DNA of 63,842 nt, counting the filler, from Octopus bimaculoides (taxonomy: Eukaryota): NCBI RefSeq assembly GCF_001194135.2. It is 4 parts of 4 records of this genome, joined end to end, with 100 filler letters (N's around TTAATTAATTAA, not from the genome) between each part and the next. Parts side by side here need not be neighbours in the genome. Positions count along the whole stretch, not along the records: positions 28,595 to 60,448 come from NC_068999.1; positions 60,549 to 62,488 come from NC_069005.1; positions 62,589 to 63,842 come from NC_068983.1; 1 more part is not named here. One strand, 5' to 3'. The translations under genes and the position numbers were made by a program. Shown here in pieces: positions 51,951 through 62,699 of the stretch (within the stretch, counting starts at the first letter, position 1; every line of letters begins with the position of its first letter). Below the pieces are notes generated by a model. It was not told the origin of the DNA, searched no databases, and saw only the letters and a program-made list of their open reading frames with translations.

Positions 51951-52899
51951 TATGTCCTTCAGTCTGCTGGTGGATAAATCTTCTGCTTGCTATTGTTGTC
52001 TATCTTTGCTGGTACTAGGTTGACCTGTCTGTACTAGACAACTACAGGTAACCCAGGATACTCCCCTGGTCAAACGATTAACCCTGGTTATTGTCATCAA
52101 GATAGAATGTGTGTATGTATTCACAATATGTTGATGATAATTTGAATATTTTGCTTTCTGCATTCCCTAAGACAATAAAGAGATTTACCAAAAGTGAGAA
52201 AATTAGATTAGCAGTGGCATGAATTATTAGCTTTAAGCAAAGTGGATATATGTTTTTATGTAATGTAAATGGGCACAGGCGTACCCAAATGGTTAAAATG
52301 TCTGTTTTCACTCATGATGTCCTGTGTTTGTTCTTGGGTGTCTTCAACCCAAGCTATGTGAGTGAAATTGGGTTCATGAGTAATTTGTGGAAGTCTATTG
52401 ATGGACTGTGTTTGCAATTCAAATGCCCAACCTTGCTGCCCCACTTTGTTAGGCTGATTCTACCTGAGAGTTAGGTTAAAAAGGACAAGTGTCTGTGGCA
52501 TATGAAGCCACTTACACTATAATTCAATGAGGAGATAGTTCAGGTGACAGTAAAACTGGGGAAATATTACAGCACTTAAAGATTGTAGGAGTGCTCTCCC
52601 TTTAGAATAGTGGTCACTTTTTTGGTTTGTACGAACATTACATTACATCATAGCAGAGGTAATGAGTGCCATACAGTAAGACGACTGGTACCCATCCATT
52701 TAAATCCTTAACATGGGATGTGGTTTTAGTTCCCTTTGTGTAGATTCTTTCTTGCTGATCTCTTGAAAAAGACAAGATTATCACATTGCTTTCCCCATCT
52801 TTTAAATGTGTGATGTTATGCTTAATCAATTCAATAATGTACAAATGCCATTTTTAGTTTCTTAACTTCTGAGTTATTAACAAAAATCTTTCTTTTTAG

Positions 52900-53057
52900 G
52901 TCACATTGCAAGAATTCTAAATCTTGCTCTTTCCCCAGATGAAAGTACAATTGCAAGTCTTTCAGCTGATGAAACTATCAGGCTGTGGAAATGTTTCAAC
53001 AAAACTAAGAAAAGCAAGGAACGTCTGACACATGGAATGTTCTCATCAATACGTTAA
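52900..53057 (+). CDS. CDC20: Cdc20-like terminal coding exon with IR tail
   Basis: tttttag acceptor. Encodes (G)HIARILNLALSPDESTIASLSADETIRLWKCFNKTKKSKERLTHGMFSSIR-stop (TAA 53055-53057). The terminal Ile-Arg is the APC/C-binding IR tail. Confidence 0.95.
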
Positions 53058-53096
53058 CTTATACCACATAGCTTAACAAGATTTACTTCAGGTTTG

Positions 53097-53122
53097 AATA
53101 AATTAGCATTACTTTTAATAAA
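53097..53122 (+). terminator. Candidate polyadenylation signals of the Cdc20-like gene
   Basis: AATAAA at 53097-53102 and 53117-53122 shortly after the stop, with further copies near 53210-53220. The background is AT-rich, so the site actually used is unknown. Confidence 0.5.
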
Positions 53123-53564
53123 TATCCCATAGTAGAGAGCAAGTTATTGTTTCATAAATGAAAGACATTCCATATTTGTGTTTTCTGTTTGGTTTTACAT
53201 GGAAGTTATTTAATAAATAAATATATTTGACTTCATTTTAAATTCATTGAATGGGATGAATTTATGTATTTTGTAAATAATGTCAGTAAGAATAGGTTTA
53301 ACATCACCTTGTTACCTATTTTTAAAATAAATTCTTGTTTGATAATAAATCCACATGATTAACACCTTAATTTGTTATTTTTAGTGCAATTTTCTAACAA
53401 TAGCATTGTTGGTTTCAGCTTCTACAGGATCAATCCCTAGTTCACTGTATTTCTGACAATAACAGAGGCAAGGAAATATCTATAACACAATGCAGAACAA
53501 ATATCTCAAAGGACTTCATTCATAAAACCTGTTATTCATTTTTCTTGCTGGTGTTTATATCCTT

Positions 53565-53618
<54 letters not shown>

Positions 53619-54029
53619 NNNNNNNNNNNNNNNNNNNNNNNNNNNNNNNNNNNNNNNNNNNNNNNNNNNNNNNNNNNNNNNNNNNNNNNNNNNNNNNNNN
53701 NNNNNNNNNNNNNNNNNNNNNNNNNNNNNNNNNNNNNNNNNNNNNNNNNNNNNNNNNNNNNNNNNNNNNNNNNNNNNNNNNNNNNNNNNNNNNNNNNNNN
53801 NNNNNNNNNNNNNNNNNNNNNNNNNNNNNNNNNNNNNNNNNNNNNNNNNNNNNNNNNNNNNNNNNNNNNNNNNNNNNNNNNNNNNNNNNNNNNNNNNNNN
53901 NNNNNNNNNNNNNNNNNNNNNNNNNNNNNNNNNNNNNNNNNNNNNNNNNNNNNNNNNNNNNNNNNNNNNNNNNNNNNNNNNNNNNNNNNNNNNNNNNNNN
54001 NNNNNNNNNNNNNNNNNNNNNNNNNNNNN

Positions 54030-54180
54030 ATATATAAAATGCATTCTTTCATAAATAGAATCCATTGGAGAGCACACTTTTGGGATAATAAAGAAAAACC
54101 CAAGGACACATCGAAAGACGGATCAAAATACACAAGACTTTTTAAATCTAGAAAAAACCCGCCATATAACCATAGACATG
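54030..54180 (+). mobile_element. Probable Penelope-like element N-terminal fragment
   Basis: FINRIHWRAHFW resembles the FI.R.RW.A.FF motif at the start of many PLE ORFs (family recall only). Confidence 0.35.
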
Positions 54181-54559
54181 CTTGTTTTGGATTATATCTC
54201 TTGTGTAGAAGTACGGGGGGTGACAGTGTCTCCCCCTTTATATTTCTACTTAATTTTGTTTTTCAAGTATTGTAGTTATATTTGTGGTTTTACCAATAGA
54301 TATTAAATATAAGATTGGAAGCGAAATATGATGTTCCCAGGTTTATATCAGAACACAGTTTTAGGATTTCTGCAGATTTTACTTTTCCATCTATAAGTTG
54401 GCCACCCCGCATCCTGGATCAGTATTCTCCACCTCAAGAATTTGTAAGCAGCAAACATAAGAATTGTTGACGACGAATGAAAGAATTAGTGGCAAACTGA
54501 CAAGTTGTGTTTTCAATTCTATATTTTTATTTATCATTCAATTTATTTTCTTGCTTCCA

Positions 54560-56699
54560 ACTACATTATAATGAGCAAAGAAAAAAAGTTGTACCAGCAA
54601 AAATCCTGAAAGGAATGGTTAAAGATGCCAGCATTTACTAAGTGGTTGTGTGAAGTACCTAGTAGTACCTAGTGACCAATCTAAAGCACATTACAGATAT
54701 TGTAGATGTAATATGTTGGCAAAATACTCTCTTTTAGTTAGCCACTGTGAAGCAAAGAAGCATAAGGCATCAACTCCACAGCAAATGATTCCTCTTAGCA
54801 ATTTTATTAAAACCAAAAATGATAAGACATCTATGCTTGAAGCAAATTTAGCAATGTTTATTTATTGCCGCTCATCATTTAATAGCTGTGATCACTTAAT
54901 AGAGTTGTGTAAGAATTATATGTCTGATAGTGAATCATATTATGTCCAAAGTGAAGGTGCATCGTACAAAATGTGCAAATATTGTGAGAAATGATCTAGA
55001 TCCATATTTTGATGGAGATTTGATTTCTGATATAGGAGATAGAAAATTTAGCCTGTTATTAGATGAATCCAATGATATATCGATAAACAAGTTGTTAGGA
55101 ATTGTTATCATACATTACAGTGACACTCACAAAAGTGGTTCATACATATCTCAATATGGTATCTTTAGAAACATGTGGTGCAGATGGCATTGTAGATGCC
55201 TGAAAAATTGAATTAGCAAAAAAGAAATTAGATATAAAAAATTTACTGGCTATAGGAATCAACAATGCTAGAGTAATGATAAGAGTCAACAATGGTGTTT
55301 TCCAGAAATTAAAAAAAGTTCTACCATTACTTCTATTTAGATGTGTATGTCATTCTTTACAGTTGGCAGTATCCCACACCTGTGCTGAATGCCTGCCCAT
55401 AAATTTAGAATTTTTTGTATCCGAAACCTATAAATGGTTCTCTCATTCAAGACAAAGTGCCTACAAACAACTTTACCTTGCTATTAATGACAGAGAGCCT
55501 TTGAAGATTGTGAATTCTTGTACAACTAGGTGGCTGTCAACAGAACCAGCTGTAAATAGAATTNNNNNNNNNNACTCACTTCCAAACTACAACTACAAAA
55601 GAAAAATGCTTTACAGCACAAACGTTACATGAAATGTTTTGTGATTCTAGGAATGAACTTTACCTTTTATTTTTGTATCCAATTTTAAAACATGTTCAGG
55701 AAGTGAATAAACTTTGAATCAAACACTGTCGACAAAACAAAATTACTTGAAGATCTTTCAAATTTGATCAAATCTGTTGCCAATATGATAGTGTTGCCAA
55801 CATGTAGAATTGATCCTCTTGATCCTGATTCTTCTATTGAAAAAGTTTTGGATCTTAAACCAAATTGAGGCTACAGGTTTGAGAGAAAGTTAGCAGAAAT
55901 GATTACCAAGAAGACTGTAACAGTCACCGAAGAAAATAATATTCACAAAAGAGCACAACAATTTTTACTCTTTATAAAGAGCTCAAGCACCGTTTGCCAG
56001 AAAATATTAATATACTGAGGAATATCAAATGTTTTTTTCAGTTGAGAATATTTTGCAGCATTTCAAAGAGCCAATTTTACCTGTCTTAGAAGCAATGCAT
56101 TTAAATGAAGAAAAAATTGCTTCAATTGAAATTCAGTTTAATAGCATTCATTTACTTAAATGGACAAAAATGTCTAATACTGAGGCATTCTGGTTGGAAG
56201 TCTTGGAATATAAAGATGCTACTGGAGGAAATCCTTTTAGAGATGTTGCAAATTTTGCCATTAATCTATTGACATTGCCAAACTCAAATGCAGAAGTTGA
56301 TCGGTTGTTCAGTAGTATGGGTGTAATCAAATCAAAATTGAAAAACAAAATGCATTTTCCTATGCTTAGATCAATACTGTCTCTAAAATATGGCCTGAAA
56401 AGATATGACAAATGTTGCAAAAACTTCAATATTCCAAAACACATAATTAACAAGATTGAGACCTTGAATGTATACGGAAGTCAAGACCTAGGTACTGCAG
56501 CTGAAAGTAATCAAATCAGTGAAATTCAAAAAATTATTTCTCAATGCTGAATATAATTAAAGAAAGTAAATAAAAATTAAGCTTTTTGATATAATTAGTC
56601 TTTAGCATTTTTTTTCTTATTTAGCATTTTTTAGCATTGTTTTGGTATTTTTTCTACTGAAATTTAGCATAAAATTGTGATTTTAAGTCAGCAACATTG
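54560..56699 (+). mobile_element. Decayed hAT transposase pseudogene/transposon
   Basis: Frameshifted fragments in order: BED-finger remnant YCRC...SHCEAKKH; FSLLLDESNDIS; RCVCHSLQL; TRWLS; dimerisation domain FWLEV...LLTLPNSNAEVDRLFSSMGVIKSKLKN. Subterminal tttagcat repeats and an end-like cagcaacattg at about 56699. Confidence 0.88.
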
Positions 56700-56830
56700 C
56701 TGTACATGGCTTGAATGGCTTTCACTAGCCATTCATTTCCTCCTAGCTTCCACAGCGACTATCAGATGAGGAAGCAAGGCACCTGTTGAAGGTATTCTCC
56801 AGGTCATTGAAGTACAGTGGTTTATTTTTT
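56700..56830 (-). mobile_element. RTE-LINE reverse transcriptase fragment
   Basis: Reverse complement matches the DLEKAFDR...EWLV.AIQAMY segment also seen at 38710-38825. Confidence 0.5.
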
Positions 56831-57329
56831 GCTAAATACTTTTGTAGTTGCGACATATAGCATACTTACTTGTGAATAATGCATGACAAAAACATATTTT
56901 CCCTTTTTCAAAAGATTGTACAGTATGCATAGGGCTGTACTGCATTATAGACTGGTACAAAAATCAAAATTTTAGTGTTGAGAAAGTTGGAGATATAAAA
57001 TACAAACAAATATAGAACTTTATAGGAAGTTCTCATAACATTTGTTCTTCATGACAACTTTGTAAAGATCTTTGTAACTGTACATTGACATGATATGTCC
57101 ACTTAGACAGTGACATCATCAATGGCCAATTAACTATTGGTAAGTAGAAAAAGACACTCCCTCTAATGGTGCTTAAAATCTTGACAAGTAAGGGAAATAA
57201 CTACAACAATAGTAACTAATCCAGATTCCTGGAAAATAAAGAGTGCAATAAATTTGAGTATCATAGATCTTTTACTTGTTTCAGTGGACTGTGGCCATTC
57301 TAGGCACTGCTTTAAAGGGTTTGGTCCAG

Positions 57330-59290
57330 CAAATTGTCCCCTGAACTTTTTTTTGTTCTGTCAGGCTCTTCTGCCAAACTTTTTAATCAAGTATTCCTTC
57401 TAGCTAGGAATCTAACTAACCTAACTCCACTAGAAATTAACATAATCCTTAATGCCCATAAAACCCTTATTTCTTTTGAGAACAAACTTTGGTGCTGGGC
57501 CAACTATTATAACTATAACAATAACCATAATAAATTTTTGACATTACTATGGAATCATCTGACTCCACCCAAGTCACCAACCTCGTTGAACTATACATAC
57601 TCCACCAGCTCCAAATGCATTTCCCTAACATCAAGGGAGGCCTCACCAAGAGCTTAAATAAATCCTCTTTAGAACAAACTAGAAAAAATCTACATAAATT
57701 TTTCTCTAACCTCTATCAATTACTTTTGAAAATTTCCACAAAACCATAATTTTTTTAGACAACTTTAAACTTAGAAACCTCCCTATATTCCCCATATCAC
57801 AAACCTAACCAATACCTTAAGTACTTAAACATTAATTCCAATCACCACAAATCCGTCTTTAATAAAATAGCTAAAGGTATCTCAATTCGTATATCTGACC
57901 TCTCATCCACTGAGGAAATATTCGATAATTATGCCCCATATTACAATCAAGCGCTCGCTGCCAGCGGCTTCTCCCAACAAATATAATACATCCATAATAC
58001 TAGGCTCTTGCAACATATATCTCAAATCATATCACAACGACATTCCAACCACCAGAATCACAACAGACCATACATACACTATACTAGAACCCAGATTAAG
58101 ACAACTTAAACTCCCCCACGCACACATATAACACTAGATCAAAAGCTAAAATATATAAAAATAATGGGCCATATTACTCCCTCTAATTTCTAAAAATATA
58201 GATAACACTACCCTTAAACAAAACCAAAAAAAAAAAAAACGTGGACGCTCTATTCTATGGTATACACCCCACTTCTCACTAAACGTTAAGACATTAGCTA
58301 AATCCTTTTTCAATATACTGGACTCCAACTTCCCTCATTAACATAAGTATTACTCTATTTTTAATAGATCTACTTTAAAGCTATCCTACTCCTCCCCACC
58401 CAACTTTGAGTCTATTATAACAGCCTCTAATAAACGGAAACTTTCTATTATCAAAACTTACATTGTAACAATTCTGAATACATGGGTACCCAACATATAC
58501 ATAGCTCCAGTATTAAACCCTATACTTTAGTCCACAACAGAAACCCTACCAATCCCACTAACACTAACCAGAATGCTACTACCAGAACTTCCACCACTAT
58601 TACAGATAGGATAAATAACAACGATAGAAATAGTAATAATAATGTTAATAATATAGACCACTCTACCCCATCCCTAACCTCTCCTCTAACAGTATTACCC
58701 CCTCCATTCCTGAGAACAATCCCCATAATGCACTACAATGTAACTGCCGTCCTGGGACCATCTACCCTCTACAAGCCCATTGCAGAAGGTCTAATGTAAT
58801 TTATAAATGCACCATCCCCAACACATTACACAATTCTACAACCATATATATAGGATCAACTATAAATTTTAAACAATGATACACTGTGTACCTAAATTCT
58901 TTTAGATATGAGAAACACAGTAAACCCACAACACTTGCCAGTCACATACATCATCTCAAAAATGGAAATATTCCCTATATCTTGTCATGGTCCATTATAG
59001 ATTCAGGGCTTCCATACCAAGGTCAATGCTCAGCCTGTAAGCTACGCCTAAAAGAGGCATTCCACATATTAAAACACAACTCTTCAATACTACTAAATAA
59101 ATATAATGAGGCCCTAGATACATGCAAACACTGCTTTTTCCATACCTTCAAATTTTACCAAATCTAAATGCAACCTAAATAACCACACAGCACATATCTT
59201 GAATGCCACTTAGGTAATCCCCAACAACCCTATTTGACTTAACATTAATTTTTTTAATTCTCCAATCTTATTTGTTTAATACTACACATA
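57330..59290 (+). mobile_element. Penelope-like element (Naiad-like), RT core missing, decayed
   Basis: RT thumb YSPYHKPNQYLKYLNINSNH...ISIRISDLSS.EEIFD...YYNQALAASG; linker SILWYTPHFS.NV...IFNRSTLKLSYS; EN CNCRPGTIYPLQAHCRRSNVIYKC...YIGSTINFKQ*Y...LASHIHHLK...WSII...CSACKLRLKEAFHIL. Confidence 0.85.
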
Positions 59291-60143
59291 TGGGCATGCA
59301 TACACATAGATATGCGGATGTATGTGCGTATGTATATATATGCATGTATGTGTGTATGTGTGCATATATGTATTTATAGGTATGCATGTGTGCATATATG
59401 TGTGTATGTATATGTATACTTGTGTGTGCATACATATGTGTGTATATGTATGTGTGTGCGTATGTGTATATATATGCATGCATGCATACAGGTTTAAATA
59501 CATAAGTACGCAGGCCTGTATAATAATGCATACATACACACCTATATGTACATGTCTACGTGCATATATCAATATACACTTCTTTCTTTCTCTCTGATTC
59601 CTCAACCCACACTATCACATCACATTAGCCAGTAGAATAAATACATAAGTCTATTTATAGAAACTTGACCATTCTTAGTATCCTTCCCCTCCATTTTGTA
59701 GTTCACTACTCACTTTAGAAAAACCTCTCTCCTATACCTTTTTTCTGTACCCATCCCTTAGTGCCATTCTAACACATCACCCCACCTCGCGTCATGCATA
59801 TTCATTACTTACATTCTTATCTCTTACTACCCCTCTCCTACTTCTCTCCCATCCCCCCCCTTAATATCTTGACCACCAACTAACACTTCTTTTTTCATTT
59901 TTTCTTTTTTTTTCACTTCCTTACACTTTTTCATTTTCTCTTCCTCTTTCCTTCCTTCTTTTTTCACCTTTTCCTTGACCTCTCTCTTCATTTTAACATA
60001 CACATCTCTTCTCCCCTCTCTATCCACTTATTACTATCACTACATACTCAGATTTTCATTCACACCACAAGACCCCTTTGAATCAACAGCCTTGGCTTTG
60101 TTTTCTCATCTTCTTTAACATATATGCATACATATATATATAC

Positions 60144-60311
60144 ATATGCTTTATTTAAAAGCAGCAGAAATATAACAAAAAGCTGTTACTCGGAGTTTCA
60201 TGTTCCTCTTCATCGGACAGTTTTTCTAACAAAACTGTCCAATGAATGGGAACGTGAAACTCCGAGTAACAGTTTTTTGTTATATTTCTGCTGCTTTTAA
60301 ATAAAGCATAT
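60144..60311. repeat. 168-bp near-perfect palindrome (81-bp arms, 6-nt loop)
   Basis: atatgctttatttaaaagcagcagaaatataac...ggacagtttt, loop tctaac, then aaaactgtcc...gttatatttctgctgcttttaaataaagcatat, with a handful of mismatches. Confidence 0.95.
60231..60276 (+). ncRNA. Minimal hammerhead ribozyme-like motif (mirrored on the minus strand in the left arm)
   Basis: AAAACTGT-CC(A/G)ATGA-ATG GGAA CGT-GAAAC-T CCG A-GTA-ACAGTTTT. This gives an 8-bp stem I, a 3-bp stem II with a GGAA loop, a short stem III and a GUA cleavage triplet. Confidence 0.6.
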
Positions 60312-60548
60312 TACTCTACCTCTGGTATTTGAGTACTCTTTTTTCCACCTTGTTGCACATTTATGTGCTTACTCCGGTATATATATATACATATATATAT
60401 ACACATATATACATATATATATACACATATATACATATATATATACACNNNNNNNNNNNNNNNNNNNNNNNNNNNNNNNNNNNNNNNNNNNNTTAATTAA
60501 TTAANNNNNNNNNNNNNNNNNNNNNNNNNNNNNNNNNNNNNNNNNNNN

Positions 60549-60579
<31 letters not shown>

Positions 60580-60624
60580 TACACACACACGTTTATATAC
60601 AGAATATAGTATAATTATATACAG

Positions 60625-60735
60625 AAGCGCAAGCGTGGCTGTGTAGTAAGAAGCTTGCTTCTCAACCACATGGTTCCAAGTTCAATTTAACTGCGTGGCA
60701 CCTTGGGCAAGTGTCTTCTGCTATAGCCTCGTGCG
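60625..60735 (+). mobile_element. tRNA-derived SINE 5' fragment
   Basis: gcgtggctgtgtagtaagaag...ggttccaagttcaatttaactgcgtggcaccttgggcaagtgtc; same family as the minus-strand head at 44150-44225. Confidence 0.6.
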
Positions 60736-62699
60736 CATTAATATTTGTTTGTTTGTATATATACATATATGCACATATATGTGTGTATCTGTATGCATTT
60801 GTACACTTTTCTGATTCATGGCTTAAAACTAATAGACAGCATGTATATCTTTCCAGTTATTCCATATGGAAATGCCTTGAGCAGTCTTTATAGAAACCAT
60901 CTAATAAGTAATTAGTTAAGTACATGAATGGATATTAAACTTATTCTATATAATCTTCCTTTTTAATGTTTATAATTGATATATATACGCCTTTTACCTA
61001 CTTTGGTTATGATATCAATTTTGGTTATGATATCATTCTTAAATTTTATTTTCATACAACATAACAATATTGTTTATAAACATTTTCCCCCATAGTGCCC
61101 CTAAATAAAATTTCCTCTGTATTAACATCTTAGGTTTCTTAGCATCTTGTCCCTTTAACTGGTAACTAACATCATGATTTAAAGTCTACCCTTACCTTGC
61201 ATCTTTTTATAGATAGTTACTTATATCCAACTAAGTACTCCTAATGTCTTATTTTCTCCCTGGGGAAAAAGGGATACTTATGATAATATTTATGACCGTA
61301 CCTAACCATGAGCTGTCAACTCACTCTTGTCCTTTATTCATAATAGACACAGTCTTCTAGTCTTAGATTTAGTAGTTGATAAAGAGATAAATGAATTAGA
61401 AATGTTTTATAACCCTTACAACCCTATGATCCCACAATGCTCCATGCGATTCTTAGACGTTGTAGTCTATTCTTAGCTACAATAGTGACAACATGAATTT
61501 CTTCCATCTTCTTGCTCTGTTAAAATATTTAAGAAAAATCATATTAATGTGTCCTACTTGTTAAAATTCCATTTATTTATTTGTGCAGCTGAAGATGGCC
61601 CTGCATTTAAATTGATGTAATGATTGCACTGATCAATTAAATGGAGCCGCTTGAAACGGTCGTACTGCATTACTACTTGATACCCTGTTGCTTNNNNNNN
61701 NNNNNNNNNNNNNNNNNNNNNNNNNNNNNNNNNNNNNNNNNNNNNNNNNNNNNNNNNNNNNNNNNNNNNNNNNNNNNNNNNNNNNNNNNNNNNNNNNNNN
61801 NNNNNNNNNNNNNNNNNNNNNNNNNNNNNNNNNNNNNNNNNNNNNNNNNNNNNNNNNNNNNNNNNNNNNNNNNNNNNNNNNNNNNNNNNNNNCAAACAGA
61901 GCAAATCAAAGAAGAAGGAAAACCAAGGAAACTAATTTGGGTTTTTAAACCTGCCGTTTAACGAGATTTGGAATATTTCTTGGAGATAAGAATTTTGGAA
62001 CGGCTTCTTCACCAGCCTTAAACATAATCAGGAAACTGTTTTATAATAAATACAACCAGACAGATTAGCCAGATTGTGTGTGTGTGTGTGTGTGTATGTG
62101 TGTGCGTGTGCATATGTGTGTATGTGTTTGTGTGTGTGTGTGTGAGTGTGTGTGCACGCGTGCGTGTGTATGTATGTAAAGTCGGTGTTGTTTTGATAAA
62201 TATGCGAGGTGTAAAACAATGCAAATAAGATAAAGACGGCAATAAGTTGTAGTTTAACAGAATCACAATGTGAATGCACACACACAACAGAGAGTAGTAG
62301 ACAGGCAGACAGGCCGACACATGCATTCACACATACATACGTATGTGTGTACATATGAATGTGTAAAGACATGTATATATACATGTAGATACATACATGT
62401 AAAAGACTTCCATTCTTCCCGAGCTTTAAACTAACACACCTGCTTATTGTTCCTACACCTGTCTTCAACATTTGTTTTCTGCAAATTCNNNNNNNNNNNN
62501 NNNNNNNNNNNNNNNNNNNNNNNNNNNNNNNNTTAATTAATTAANNNNNNNNNNNNNNNNNNNNNNNNNNNNNNNNNNNNNNNNNNNNCCCCCCCAAGAA
62601 AAGCTCTACTTTGTAATTTGTCCATTTTCTGTATTTAGCCCTGTGTGGCTATAATAAAAAGATATCTATCTATCTATCTATCTATCAATCTATCTATCT

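Noticed and set aside
31739-52899. Possible intronic miR-34/449 cluster, by analogy with vertebrate CDC20B
   Set aside because: A visual scan found no (T/A)GGCAGTG seed in a hairpin context. The near matches (35657, 49734) lie in a MITE or lack a precursor fold. A formal search was not run.
58876-58882. In-frame TGA in the GIY-YIG motif (FKQ*Y) as possible selenocysteine
   Set aside because: The position corresponds to the conserved Arg (FKQRY), so CGA to TGA deamination in a decayed copy is the simpler explanation.
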